From: Planctomycetales bacterium
GTDB taxonomy: Bacteria; 4484-113; JAFGCY01
Reading direction: 5' to 3'
Assembly: GCA_022646745.1 (NCBI GenBank)
Contig: CP060262.1
Location: 3,900,001-3,932,000 of the forward strand
Length of the DNA stretch: 32,000 bases
Positions 25,201-32,000 of the stretch are shown piece by piece. Made by a program: the position numbers and the translations under genes. The first letter of the stretch is position 1, and each line of letters begins with the position of its first letter. The notes under the pieces are model-generated. The model was not told the DNA's origin. It ran no database searches and saw only the letters and a program-made list of their open reading frames with translations.

Positions 25201-25680
25201 CTCTACACCACATGGTATGGCTGGGAGCAGATCGGTGGCTGGGGTGACAACTGGGCTGAGTGGACCGATGTTGAGTTCGACCTGTCAGGCCGCATCGGCC
25301 ACAGTGGCCGCATCGTCTGGTGGGTGTTCGGCTCCAGTGGCGACGCAGCCGGCATCTGGCTTGATGATGTTGAGGTCACGAATGCCACTCCGGTGATTGA
25401 CAGCATCAGCCCAGGCATCGCGATTGACGGCGAGATCATCACCCTGAGCGGACTGGGCTTCAGCAGCTGCGACATCTCGAAGCAGCTCAACTTCACCGAG
25501 GGAACCGTGCTGATGCCGCTGGACGTCGTGAGCTGGACCGATGAGGAGATCCAGTTCGCCGTACCTGCCGGGGCGCGCGGTGGCAACCTGAGCGTGACCG
25601 TCAACGGCCGCCAGAGCAATGAGGTGAGCCTTGTTGTCAGGCTGGCCAGCCCGCAGCTGACGGAGATCGGCGGACTGTAA
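22282..25680 (+). CDS. Secreted multidomain M6-family (immune inhibitor A-like) zinc metalloprotease with an N-terminal dockerin/EF-hand repeat and C-terminal Ig-like, jelly-roll (MAM/CBM-like) and IPT/TIG modules
   Basis: I chose the ATG at 22282 (MSIKHILLLSILAILLGSNAALA signal peptide, GGAGG 5 nt upstream). The 22174 track start adds a non-signal extension overlapping the previous gene. Dockerin-like loop DLNHDGMVDERD at 22603-22638. Zinc site VIHETGHGFGLPDYYD (HETGH at 23227-23241). LIRLMEADGLEEIENG block. Two units of the PPTV...G..ATD.V.V Ig-like type. C-terminal IPT/TIG-like segment ISPGIAIDGEIITLSGLGF...LSVTVNGRQSNEVSLVV. Confidence 0.85.
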   Translation: MSIKHILLLSILAILLGSNAALATYPPPEGMLERMAQEGTLADAQEFARQLGNHEMKRPKRGALDIDQYSPQQVADLISANLGRSLDERTTSEVGKMTSTELAWVELDLNHDGMVDERDLLVLGHPQPKQTATIPSLGYNKMLTILIEFPDYPQYFDPQSIHDVCYSPTPLPNYHLGSMRWFYDQASYGACTLDGDTFGWYMAQNPRTYYHPDDNSGGGKREELILEACDAADAAGLDFNDYDNDGDGVVDEFIVIWTGPHGDWATFWWGYHTGMGNGKTYDGVRLGSYSWQWERGYYFNNEPPTPDIWSADVVIHETGHGFGLPDYYDYDGSVGPDGGVGSMDRMDGYRGEHGCFSKYILGWLQPTIAYTNLDDEALDVADANPDCVLFMPGYDPATPWDEYFMAQNRGRGGIDYQMPTDGVLIWHADARLNAGGGFLFNNSYTDHKLIRLMEADGLEEIENGPNHSGDAGDYYDLGESLAPGTTPSSDGYDAPTGMVVDDISADGATMTADFTLYPTAPPTVTLSGITPGSTVSGNVPLTITTTSAAGIAEIQLWVDGVLVDVKTGSGSSTPLWNTLVDFNKTMDVMARAYDVNGQSATDTVSVTVSNSGVVSFADYFNIGFKLWRSINFPDVRRGTWTQWETRACPASPPPISGGNEAYVAPMLNDNEWHNALDNLRSQRVNAVDFEYLVSISFEYRARDGFSLWYTTDEGQNWTLLDNLTQTNDWSTYNRVVDLRGSQFYLEFRYSGNVRGDNQSGRGANIDNISVHEAPSDPPTVQITSHVDGDHISNSTLFTADANDDFGIDHVDFYVNGGLAFTDSEAPYEYERNLVNDDNRPDIPVRVVATDSDGLTSVPDEVAISWDTERPFPLFDDCEISDDTGPNAWSFQNGGSSVPNWQWSTADAFSGVQSMAWTGDGSFSGDSEGVWFWGSRGVSEGRICVDLANPKVVDPVLRYKMTGNFPDGSGRGLYLYTTWYGWEQIGGWGDNWAEWTDVEFDLSGRIGHSGRIVWWVFGSSGDAAGIWLDDVEVTNATPVIDSISPGIAIDGEIITLSGLGFSSCDISKQLNFTEGTVLMPLDVVSWTDEEIQFAVPAGARGGNLSVTVNGRQSNEVSLVVRLASPQLTEIGGL

Positions 25681-25690
25681 GCAGGAAGGG

Positions 25691-26875
25691 TCAGGCGCCC
25701 TGGCTTGTGATCGGCAGTCCTACACGCCACAGCGTGACCGGCAGGTTGGTCTGCACACTGAGGTCGACGAGCCAGCACTGGCGGTCGTGCGCCGGGATTA
25801 TACGCATGCCTGTCTGCAAGCCCTGGTACAGCCAGAGCCGGTTGCCTGCGGAGTCATAACAGAACAGCAGTCCGGTGACGGGGGTTGCCACCATTGATGT
25901 TGCATTTGGAGATCCGGCAGTGGGATCCGGATACTCCGCCGGGAAACCGCTTACGAATGTCTCACCGTTGAGGCCAGCCACGATGTCACGCACGACGAGA
26001 TCATCCGGCCACCGGAGTGCAAGCGACTGCCCATCAGCATCGAGGCCCTGCAAGCCATCGCCGATCCGCAGCCACAGGTTGCCTCCGCTGCTGCGCAATT
26101 CCCTGATCTCTGCTCCTGGCAATGCATTCCAAAGCACTTCGCCGGATGGATCCGCGCACTCCACACCGCCGTCAATTGCGGGATAGGCAATCCTCCCCGC
26201 ATCCAGCAGGCCGGCATGGTGGCTGGCACTGTACTTCTTCCAGCGCAGTTCACCCTCCAAGTCCAGGCAGTACAGGAACCCGTCGTCACTTGCCGCATAG
26301 GCATTGCCATCATCCAGCAGCAGGCGGGCCGGCGCTCCCATCAGGAAATTCCATTGCTCCTGCCCTTCGTAACTGAAACAGGTCACGGACTGTTCAAGGA
26401 TCGTCGTCAACAGCACATCATCCAGCAATATACATGTGTCGGCAGCGGGATACTGCGAACCGGGCCAGAATGGCTCCGGTGTCCAGAGTTCACCGCTGCG
26501 GGCGAAGCCGGTATCCGGGACATCGTTGCGCCAGACCTCGAGGTAGCCGTCTCGCCGGGTTGTTGCCAGCCAGCCGTCCGGTCCCAGCAGCAGTTCACGG
26601 TCGGCCAGCACCTCCTGGTCGGGCAGCATCATCGGCCGGCTGCCGTAGTAGTTCCAGCCACCCAGTGAGGCATCGTCCTCAATCAGTCCATCGTTGAAGT
26701 TCATCATCACTCGCAGCCGGTTGCCGGCCTGCAGCTGGTAATGGCCGCCGGGGTAATCGCCACTGGCCAGCTCCATCGCCTTTGGCACGCGGCTCTTGCC
26801 AGCCTGCCCGCTGCAGCCTGTAAGCAGGCTGATTGAAATGAGAACTGCGAACGAAAAACTTGCCAGCCGGCTCAT
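25691..26875 (-). CDS. Lipoprotein, PQQ-like (BamB-type) beta-propeller repeat protein; paralog P1
   Basis: 394 aa. Lipobox SLLTGC-SG. Repeated blades such as CFSYEGQEQWNF, LYCLDLEGELRWKK, VECADPSGEVLWNA, LFCYDSAGNRLWLY. The start overlaps the P2 stop by 4 nt. Confidence 0.7.
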   Translation of the reverse strand: MSRLASFSFAVLISISLLTGCSGQAGKSRVPKAMELASGDYPGGHYQLQAGNRLRVMMNFNDGLIEDDASLGGWNYYGSRPMMLPDQEVLADRELLLGPDGWLATTRRDGYLEVWRNDVPDTGFARSGELWTPEPFWPGSQYPAADTCILLDDVLLTTILEQSVTCFSYEGQEQWNFLMGAPARLLLDDGNAYAASDDGFLYCLDLEGELRWKKYSASHHAGLLDAGRIAYPAIDGGVECADPSGEVLWNALPGAEIRELRSSGGNLWLRIGDGLQGLDADGQSLALRWPDDLVVRDIVAGLNGETFVSGFPAEYPDPTAGSPNATSMVATPVTGLLFCYDSAGNRLWLYQGLQTGMRIIPAHDRQCWLVDLSVQTNLPVTLWRVGLPITSQGA

Positions 26876-28098
26876 CGCGCACCTCCCAGCCTGCAGATGC
26901 GGTCAGGCCCGTCATCGCTGACAAGCAGCAGCTTGTCCTCGCCAAAACCGTAGATGCGGTCGCAGTGCAGTTCCAGCCAGACCGGCACATTGACCGGCAC
27001 GCTGAGGGCCGCGGTTTCAAGCTGCAACTGCAGAGTCCCCGCGCTGGATGAAGATACGTAAGCGAACTCGAAGTCCGGCAACTCGCCACGCATCATCCCG
27101 CTGAGCATGCCTGGCAGGCCTGCCAGCAGCGGATACTGCGCGCGGCCGGCATACATCAGCAGCTGGTCATCCTGGATCGCCGTGCCATCCAGCAGGTACA
27201 GCTCGCTCAGTTCAGTGCTGCGTGTCTCGGTCCCATCCACGCTGTAGCGTGCATACTTGCCATCCCGGAAGCGGGCGATGCCATCCTCTGTCAGCCAGCA
27301 GTACCTGCTTGGTCCGGCGCTGTAACTGCTGAGCTGGCCCAGCTGACTGGCAACAAGCTTCCCGTCCAGCCTGCTGAGGCTGGTGCTCCTGCCCCGCTCC
27401 AGCACCATGCCACTTTCGGCCAGCTCAATCCCGGAGACATCCCAGATGTTGCCACCTCCGACCAGCTCCATCTGCCCGTCCCGACTGACCCGCACACGTC
27501 CGCCATTGGAGACAGTCTGCAGGTTTCCCTCACTGTCCACCTCCATCCAGGGCCGGCTGGCCAGAATAGATGTCGCATTGGGTATCCTGCGGACCCAGAG
27601 CTTCTTGCCATTGGCATCAAGCCCGTAAACCAGGGCGGTTGCCATAGTGAAGAATGTCGCCTGCGCTTCGTTGCCTCGACGCACGCGAGTATGCATTTCA
27701 TTGTGTACAGGCTCGTAACGCCAGGATTCCGATCCCTCTGCATCGATTGCGATAGCCCTGCCATAGCGACCGGTCAGCACCATCAGGCCATCCCCTGCCT
27801 GCACGCTGCTGAGTGTGAAATGGGCCGGTGCCGCGAATTGCCAGTCCAGCCTGCCTTCCGTGCTGATCCGCGTTATTCGGCCGGAACGCTCCTGCAGTAC
27901 CAGGCCGCCCAGTCCATCGTCAATCGGTTCAAGCAGCAGCTCGCCGAAATCCGGATCGCCAAGTGTATGCAGGCTCAGCAGTTCATTCGGACTGAACAGG
28001 CGGGATGCAAGCATCATCAGCATGCCGGCCAACCAGCAAAGCAGCAGCGCGGCACTCACCATCACGGCCCTGCGTTGCCAGCGCTGCATTGTATCCAT
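26872..28098 (-). CDS. N-terminally membrane-anchored beta-propeller repeat protein; paralog P2
   Basis: 408 aa. Signal-anchor AVMVSAALLLCWLAGMLMMLA. Blades ISTEGRLDWQF, AIAIDAEGSESWRY, VYGLDANGKKLWVR. The C-terminal block LHCDRIYGFGEDKLLLVSDDGPDRICRL is shared with P4. Confidence 0.7.
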   Translation of the reverse strand: MDTMQRWQRRAVMVSAALLLCWLAGMLMMLASRLFSPNELLSLHTLGDPDFGELLLEPIDDGLGGLVLQERSGRITRISTEGRLDWQFAAPAHFTLSSVQAGDGLMVLTGRYGRAIAIDAEGSESWRYEPVHNEMHTRVRRGNEAQATFFTMATALVYGLDANGKKLWVRRIPNATSILASRPWMEVDSEGNLQTVSNGGRVRVSRDGQMELVGGGNIWDVSGIELAESGMVLERGRSTSLSRLDGKLVASQLGQLSSYSAGPSRYCWLTEDGIARFRDGKYARYSVDGTETRSTELSELYLLDGTAIQDDQLLMYAGRAQYPLLAGLPGMLSGMMRGELPDFEFAYVSSSSAGTLQLQLETAALSVPVNVPVWLELHCDRIYGFGEDKLLLVSDDGPDRICRLGGAR

Positions 28099-28109
28099 GA
28101 CCTGATTCT

Positions 28110-28136
28110 AGCTCAGCGGGGCACTGTCCCTGAGCT
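28110..28136 (-). other. Strong intercistronic hairpin between propeller modules
   Basis: On the minus strand, AGCTCAGGG-ACAGTG-CCC(G)CTGAGCT forms 10 bp with one bulge. It lies between the P3 stop (28172) and the P2 start (28098). No T-tract. Confidence 0.45.
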
Positions 28137-28171
28137 TTCCCTCCCATTACATGACTGGATCACCAACAGTG

Positions 28172-29311
28172 TTACTCGGGTGCGGAAAGCAGGACGAGGC
28201 CCTGCTTATCCTGCGTTGCGGTAAACAAGGTGCCATTGCTTCCGGTATGGGCAAAATAGGGGTAACCTTCCATCTTTTCACCGCGCCAGAGTACCTTTCC
28301 CTGTGGATTGATGCACAGCCAGTGGAAGGGAGTATTCACACGGTTTGCTATCCGGCCCCCAAACCAGCTGTTGCGGAAATCCCTGTCATAGATCCTCAAA
28401 AAGGTGTATCCATCCCTGGAAAGCTCCAAACTGGACCAGCCAATTGATTCCAGCCTGCAGCGCCAGAGCCGCTTTCCATCCGCATCGTAGCAATCAACCC
28501 CCCAGCTCCGCTGGATCGCAAATCGATTTCCGGCATCATCGACTTTTGCATACACGTGGCCCAGCTTCTCACCGGAGTGATCCTGGATCCAGAGTTCCGT
28601 TCCTTCCCAATCCAGGCATACGAGGTTCAGTGAATCAGATCCCGTGACAAGTATCCTGTCACCGAAGGCCTGAGCCTGCTGCACACCCTTGCGGGTCCAG
28701 CTGACCCGCCCCTGGCTGTCCAGGCAGGCAAGCTCCCCGTCCCGCCCGAACACCAGCAGGTGCTGGTAGTCCTGCGACTGGCTGAAGCTGATCATGTATC
28801 CGCCCATGTATTCCCAGCTGGGATTGCCCTGCTGGTCAAATCCGACAATCTGCTGCTGGTCATACATCACGAACGGATCCGTTCCGAGGAAGCCCATGCT
28901 GCCATCCTGGCCGGAGTACCTGACAAAGTTGCCAGAACTTCCATCAGATGCGGTATCCGGCCGACTCAGCAATACTGAGTCATTGCCACGGTCGCTGAAA
29001 ACGAGCCGCACCCCGCCACTGGGCCCGTTGTCGGGGAAGAGGTACTGTCCGTCCGGCCCCGCTACCATCTCGGTCAGCTGGCTCGAATAGACCGGGTAGC
29101 CCTGTTGCGATGCCTGGCTGGCGGTTGGCTTGTCACCTGCCTCCTTCTCCGCATCGATGCTGAGCATGCCGCTGCCCTGCCAGTTGAGCACAGTATTGTC
29201 ATCTGAAACAAGCATCGGCCCGAGCACATTCAGTTCACGCTCCATGGCAACAGGAACCCTGCCGCAGGATACCAGTAGCAGCAATGCCATCAACAGGACA
29301 GCGCTATACAT
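28172..29311 (-). CDS. Lipoprotein, PQQ-like beta-propeller repeat protein; paralog P3
   Basis: 379 aa. Lipobox LLLVSC-GR. Blades IVGFDQQGNPSWEY, LACLDSQGRVSWTR, LVCLDWEGTELWIQ, VDCYDADGKRLWRC, LCINPQGKVLWRG. The start overlaps the P4 stop by 8 nt. Confidence 0.7.
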   Translation of the reverse strand: MYSAVLLMALLLLVSCGRVPVAMERELNVLGPMLVSDDNTVLNWQGSGMLSIDAEKEAGDKPTASQASQQGYPVYSSQLTEMVAGPDGQYLFPDNGPSGGVRLVFSDRGNDSVLLSRPDTASDGSSGNFVRYSGQDGSMGFLGTDPFVMYDQQQIVGFDQQGNPSWEYMGGYMISFSQSQDYQHLLVFGRDGELACLDSQGRVSWTRKGVQQAQAFGDRILVTGSDSLNLVCLDWEGTELWIQDHSGEKLGHVYAKVDDAGNRFAIQRSWGVDCYDADGKRLWRCRLESIGWSSLELSRDGYTFLRIYDRDFRNSWFGGRIANRVNTPFHWLCINPQGKVLWRGEKMEGYPYFAHTGSNGTLFTATQDKQGLVLLSAPE

Positions 29312-30599
29312 CGGCAGCCTCCAGCGCCAGGCACCTGAGCTGCTTGTCGTTGCTGATCAGGTAGATCCGGTCCTTGCTGCAGTGCATCGCCGAGAAGCCG
29401 TTGAAGTTCTGCCCGCTGCCGATATCCAGTGCAGCCAGCCTCTCCCCTTCGCGGATCACTTCCAAGCGGAACACCTGGGACTGCTGCAGCCTCGGATTCA
29501 GCTGGCCGGCAGCCGGCGAAGCGAAAGGCAGGGCTGCAGAGACCATGGGAAACAAGGCGGACAGGTGTTCCAGTGCGGTCAGCAGGTTGTCAGTCCTGCC
29601 CGTCACCAGTGCGAATGCATCCCCCAGGTCCTGGGCATCCGAAACACTGCCGGCTTCAAGTGGAATGCTCCATTGCTCCTCAAGCTGGTAGTCCAGCGCA
29701 CGCACCACGGCATCACTGGTCGGCACGAGGATCAGCCCGGCTGAACTGGCAACCTGGTTGGGACTGATGTAGAAACCGGGCGATGTACCCAGCTGATTGA
29801 TCTTCTTGTGGATCTGCTCCCCGTCCCTGACCAGGCAGAGCTGGTTGCCACCGGAGTACAGCAGTTCGCCGTTGCCGACAACTCCACGCAGGTCCAGTAT
29901 CTCCCCGCTGAAGTAGATCTGCTGTCCACCGGCCGTCTTCGCGGGAGTTTTCGGCTTGCTGGGACGTTCGAGCGGAATGCGCTCGCCACTAATTGTGTAA
30001 ATGCTCACGCTGGAGAAATCGTTGCACAGGAAGCTGTAGCTGCCGGCGTACTCGAAATAGCTTGGCAGCCCAAACGGGTCATACATCTGCCTGGTATTGA
30101 CAACCCAGCATGGCTCGCCGGCCGCGCTGATTCCGTAGAGCAGGATGCCCTGCTTGAGGAAGGCGACCGCCTGGCTGCCTTCCCGTGGCTCAAGCAATTC
30201 ACGGTACCGCTGCGGATCGGGCCGGCAGTTCCACAGTTCCTGTCCCTGTGCATCGAGGGCAAGCAGCTCACCCTTGCCTGTGGTCAGGTAGGTGATGGCA
30301 TCTACCCGCTGGATCGGTGAGCGGATACTGTCAATCGTGTGCTCCCGGCTCCATAACACCCTGCCATCGGGAGTGATCATCTGGAGCTGTCCGGCCAGCA
30401 TGTCCTGGGTGTAGACAAGGCAGCCATCTTCGGATGCATCCACTACGGCACACCATGTCGCATCAAGCTGCCTGCTCCAGAGCTGCGTGAGCCCACTGTC
30501 CCTGCCGATTGCCAGCCTGAGCGTAATCCAGCCAGCCGCCCACAGCACGGCGTAAACTGCAATTGCCAGCACCATTTTCCGGTGGATCCTGCTTGCCAT
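29304..30599 (-). CDS. N-terminally membrane-anchored beta-propeller repeat protein; paralog P4
   Basis: 431 aa. Signal-anchor MVLAIAVYAVLWAAGWITL. Blades MITPDGRVLWSR, LLALDAQGQELWNC. C-terminal block MHCSKDRIYLISNDKQLRCLALEAA. AGGGAA lies upstream of the ATG. Confidence 0.7.
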   Translation of the reverse strand: MASRIHRKMVLAIAVYAVLWAAGWITLRLAIGRDSGLTQLWSRQLDATWCAVVDASEDGCLVYTQDMLAGQLQMITPDGRVLWSREHTIDSIRSPIQRVDAITYLTTGKGELLALDAQGQELWNCRPDPQRYRELLEPREGSQAVAFLKQGILLYGISAAGEPCWVVNTRQMYDPFGLPSYFEYAGSYSFLCNDFSSVSIYTISGERIPLERPSKPKTPAKTAGGQQIYFSGEILDLRGVVGNGELLYSGGNQLCLVRDGEQIHKKINQLGTSPGFYISPNQVASSAGLILVPTSDAVVRALDYQLEEQWSIPLEAGSVSDAQDLGDAFALVTGRTDNLLTALEHLSALFPMVSAALPFASPAAGQLNPRLQQSQVFRLEVIREGERLAALDIGSGQNFNGFSAMHCSKDRIYLISNDKQLRCLALEAADV

Positions 30600-30697
30600 G
30601 TTTCCCTGCCAGTCCCTGCAAAGATGCCCGTTCAGTTATTGCTCCGGGCAAACAATGGTTCAATTGTAAATCAGGACGCTGCCGGACCGTCCCGGGT

Positions 30698-31879
30698 TCA
30701 GAAGCCACGCCACATGGAACCCGGCGGGCCATGGAAGGTGAGTACGCTGTTGTTCCCCACCTCGAACTGGCCGATCAGACCACCGGAGAAGGTCAGGGCT
30801 CCGTGGCTGCGCACCATCTCCCCATCGGCGGCCTGCCAGATGACCTGCCCGTCGGGATCCACACAGAACCCAAGCTCAGAGATGCGGAACGGGAACATCC
30901 CTTCGCGCTCGACAGAGCCGTTGTAGGCTTGCTGGTAACGGACAAAGGCAAACATATGACCGTCCGGCGCACCAACGAAGTAGGAGAAGCCGGTGTCGCC
31001 AACCGGCAGTTCGGTACGCCACAGCTCCTCACCTGCCGTGCTGATGCATAGTGCGGTCCTGCGATAATCGTGAGCAAAAATCCGTCCATTGGACACGGCG
31101 GTCGGCAGGCAGGTAATGTCCATCTCGAGCTCCCATAGCAGCTTGCCATCGCTGTCCAGGGCTCGAAGCCTGCCGTCAGTGCTGTAACCGTAGAAGCTGC
31201 TGCCATCCGTCACGCAGCTCTGCATTTCGGGATTGCTCCAGAGCAATTCTCCGTTCCCGTCCAGCGCAAGGATCATCCCGTAGAAGCAGCTGATATACAG
31301 CCTTTCCCCATTCGTACTCGATTGGAGTTGGGCATTGCTCCCTACATTGAATTCCCAAAGCGGATTGCCCTGCAGGTCGAATGCTCCGAGCATCTGTGCG
31401 TCATCGTCGGCAATCACCACCATCCCGTCCAGGAACGCCGCCTCATTGCCAAACTGGCAGTCAAAGGAACGGCCATAGGTTGACAGCGTAAGTTCGGTTT
31501 CCAGCGGCACCATCACGGACGGGTCCGCCCGCGACACAAGCAGGGGCCGGGAGTATGAATCAGTGATGGCCAACCAGTCGTCATTCCAGCCGCGGATCTC
31601 GAGTCGACCGGGATTGAATGTCATTTCCGAGCCATCCGGCCAGACGGCATCCATGCCTGTACCCTGTGCAATCAGCTGCTCCGGTTCACCGGGCACCATG
31701 CGATAAAGGCTGAAAGTCGGCATGTCCAGTGAAAGGATGCTGCCATCCTCCAGCTCGGCATAGTAGTAACCGGAGAGGGAGTAACTGCGCGTGTCTGATG
31801 CCGGCAGCACTTCAGGCTGGGCTTGCAACATAGCTGATGGGATGGCAACAAGCAGCAGTGCGATGACGAGCGCTTTCAT
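30698..31879 (-). CDS. Secreted PQQ-like beta-propeller repeat protein; paralog P5
   Basis: 393 aa. Sec signal MKALVIALLLVAIPSAMLQA with no lipobox Cys. Blades LGAFDLQGNPLWEF, ILALDGNGELLWSN, LRALDSDGKLLWEL, LCISTAGEELWRT, CVDPDGQVIWQA. GGAGG lies 8 nt upstream. The ATG overlaps the upstream stop (ATGA). Confidence 0.7.
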   Translation of the reverse strand: MKALVIALLLVAIPSAMLQAQPEVLPASDTRSYSLSGYYYAELEDGSILSLDMPTFSLYRMVPGEPEQLIAQGTGMDAVWPDGSEMTFNPGRLEIRGWNDDWLAITDSYSRPLLVSRADPSVMVPLETELTLSTYGRSFDCQFGNEAAFLDGMVVIADDDAQMLGAFDLQGNPLWEFNVGSNAQLQSSTNGERLYISCFYGMILALDGNGELLWSNPEMQSCVTDGSSFYGYSTDGRLRALDSDGKLLWELEMDITCLPTAVSNGRIFAHDYRRTALCISTAGEELWRTELPVGDTGFSYFVGAPDGHMFAFVRYQQAYNGSVEREGMFPFRISELGFCVDPDGQVIWQAADGEMVRSHGALTFSGGLIGQFEVGNNSVLTFHGPPGSMWRGF

Positions 31880-32000
31880 AGTCCCGCCTCCAGACCATAT
31901 ACCCAGACGCCTTGCCTCGCATGCCAGACCACTATGCCTCCTCCCGCAATCGCTGACATGTGATAGTCCTCGGAAAGTACGGGGCCAAACAGCGACTGCT
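31876..32000 (-). CDS. 3' end of a further paralog (P6), truncated by the window edge
   Basis: The minus-strand frame reads ...QSLFGPVLSEDYHMSAIAGGGIVVWHARQGVWVYGLEAGL-TGA. The ending GLEAG resembles the P4 ending ALEAA. The stop overlaps the P5 ATG by 4 nt. It is not in the ORF track because fewer than 60 codons are visible. Confidence 0.5.
   Translation of the reverse strand, partial: QSLFGPVLSEDYHMSAIAGGGIVVWHARQGVWVYGLEAGL

Noticed and set aside
1-32000. Scan for tRNA/rRNA genes, CRISPR repeats, transposase or integrase genes, reverse transcriptase/DGR, and toxin-antitoxin or known defence genes
   Set aside because: None was recognised. The intergenic regions are short (at most about 250 nt) and lack tRNA-like T-loop (GTTCGAATC-type) sequences or regularly spaced repeats. 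A by-eye scan cannot exclude small RNAs.

Overview
High-GC (by eye), densely coding bacterial chromosomal window. I recognised no rRNA, tRNA, CRISPR array, transposase, integrase or phage genes. Left to right: (1) the 3' part of a very large surface protein with at least 8 PKD domains and an Asp-box beta-propeller. (2) A plus-strand block of two translationally coupled half-ABC exporter genes (heterodimer with one degenerate ATP site), a HAD phosphatase and a VOC/glyoxalase-fold protein. (3) A minus-strand 2-oxoglutarate dehydrogenase operon, sucA-sucB-[rhodanese-like ORF]-lpdA. (4) hemW, then a secreted hypothetical protein coupled to a SpoIID/LytB-domain protein, then nth plus a membrane-anchored coiled-coil protein. 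(5) A cytoplasmic hybrid histidine kinase with a convergent, overlapping Hpt gene. (6) An accessory-looking cell-envelope locus: a cohesin-like lipoprotein coupled to a 1132-aa dockerin-bearing M6 (InhA-like) metalloprotease, facing a minus-strand tandem array of at least 6 paralogous PQQ-like beta-propeller genes. These are arranged as three coupled two-gene modules (membrane-anchored propeller followed by lipoprotein or secreted propeller). The most unusual item is the ~103-codon rhodanese-like gene between sucB and lpdA. It has a near-perfect Shine-Dalgarno sequence and intact conserved motifs, but carries two in-frame TGA codons two codons apart in its catalytic loop. It is either a candidate selenoprotein or a freshly inactivated gene. 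All functional calls come from motif recognition by eye; no database search was possible.
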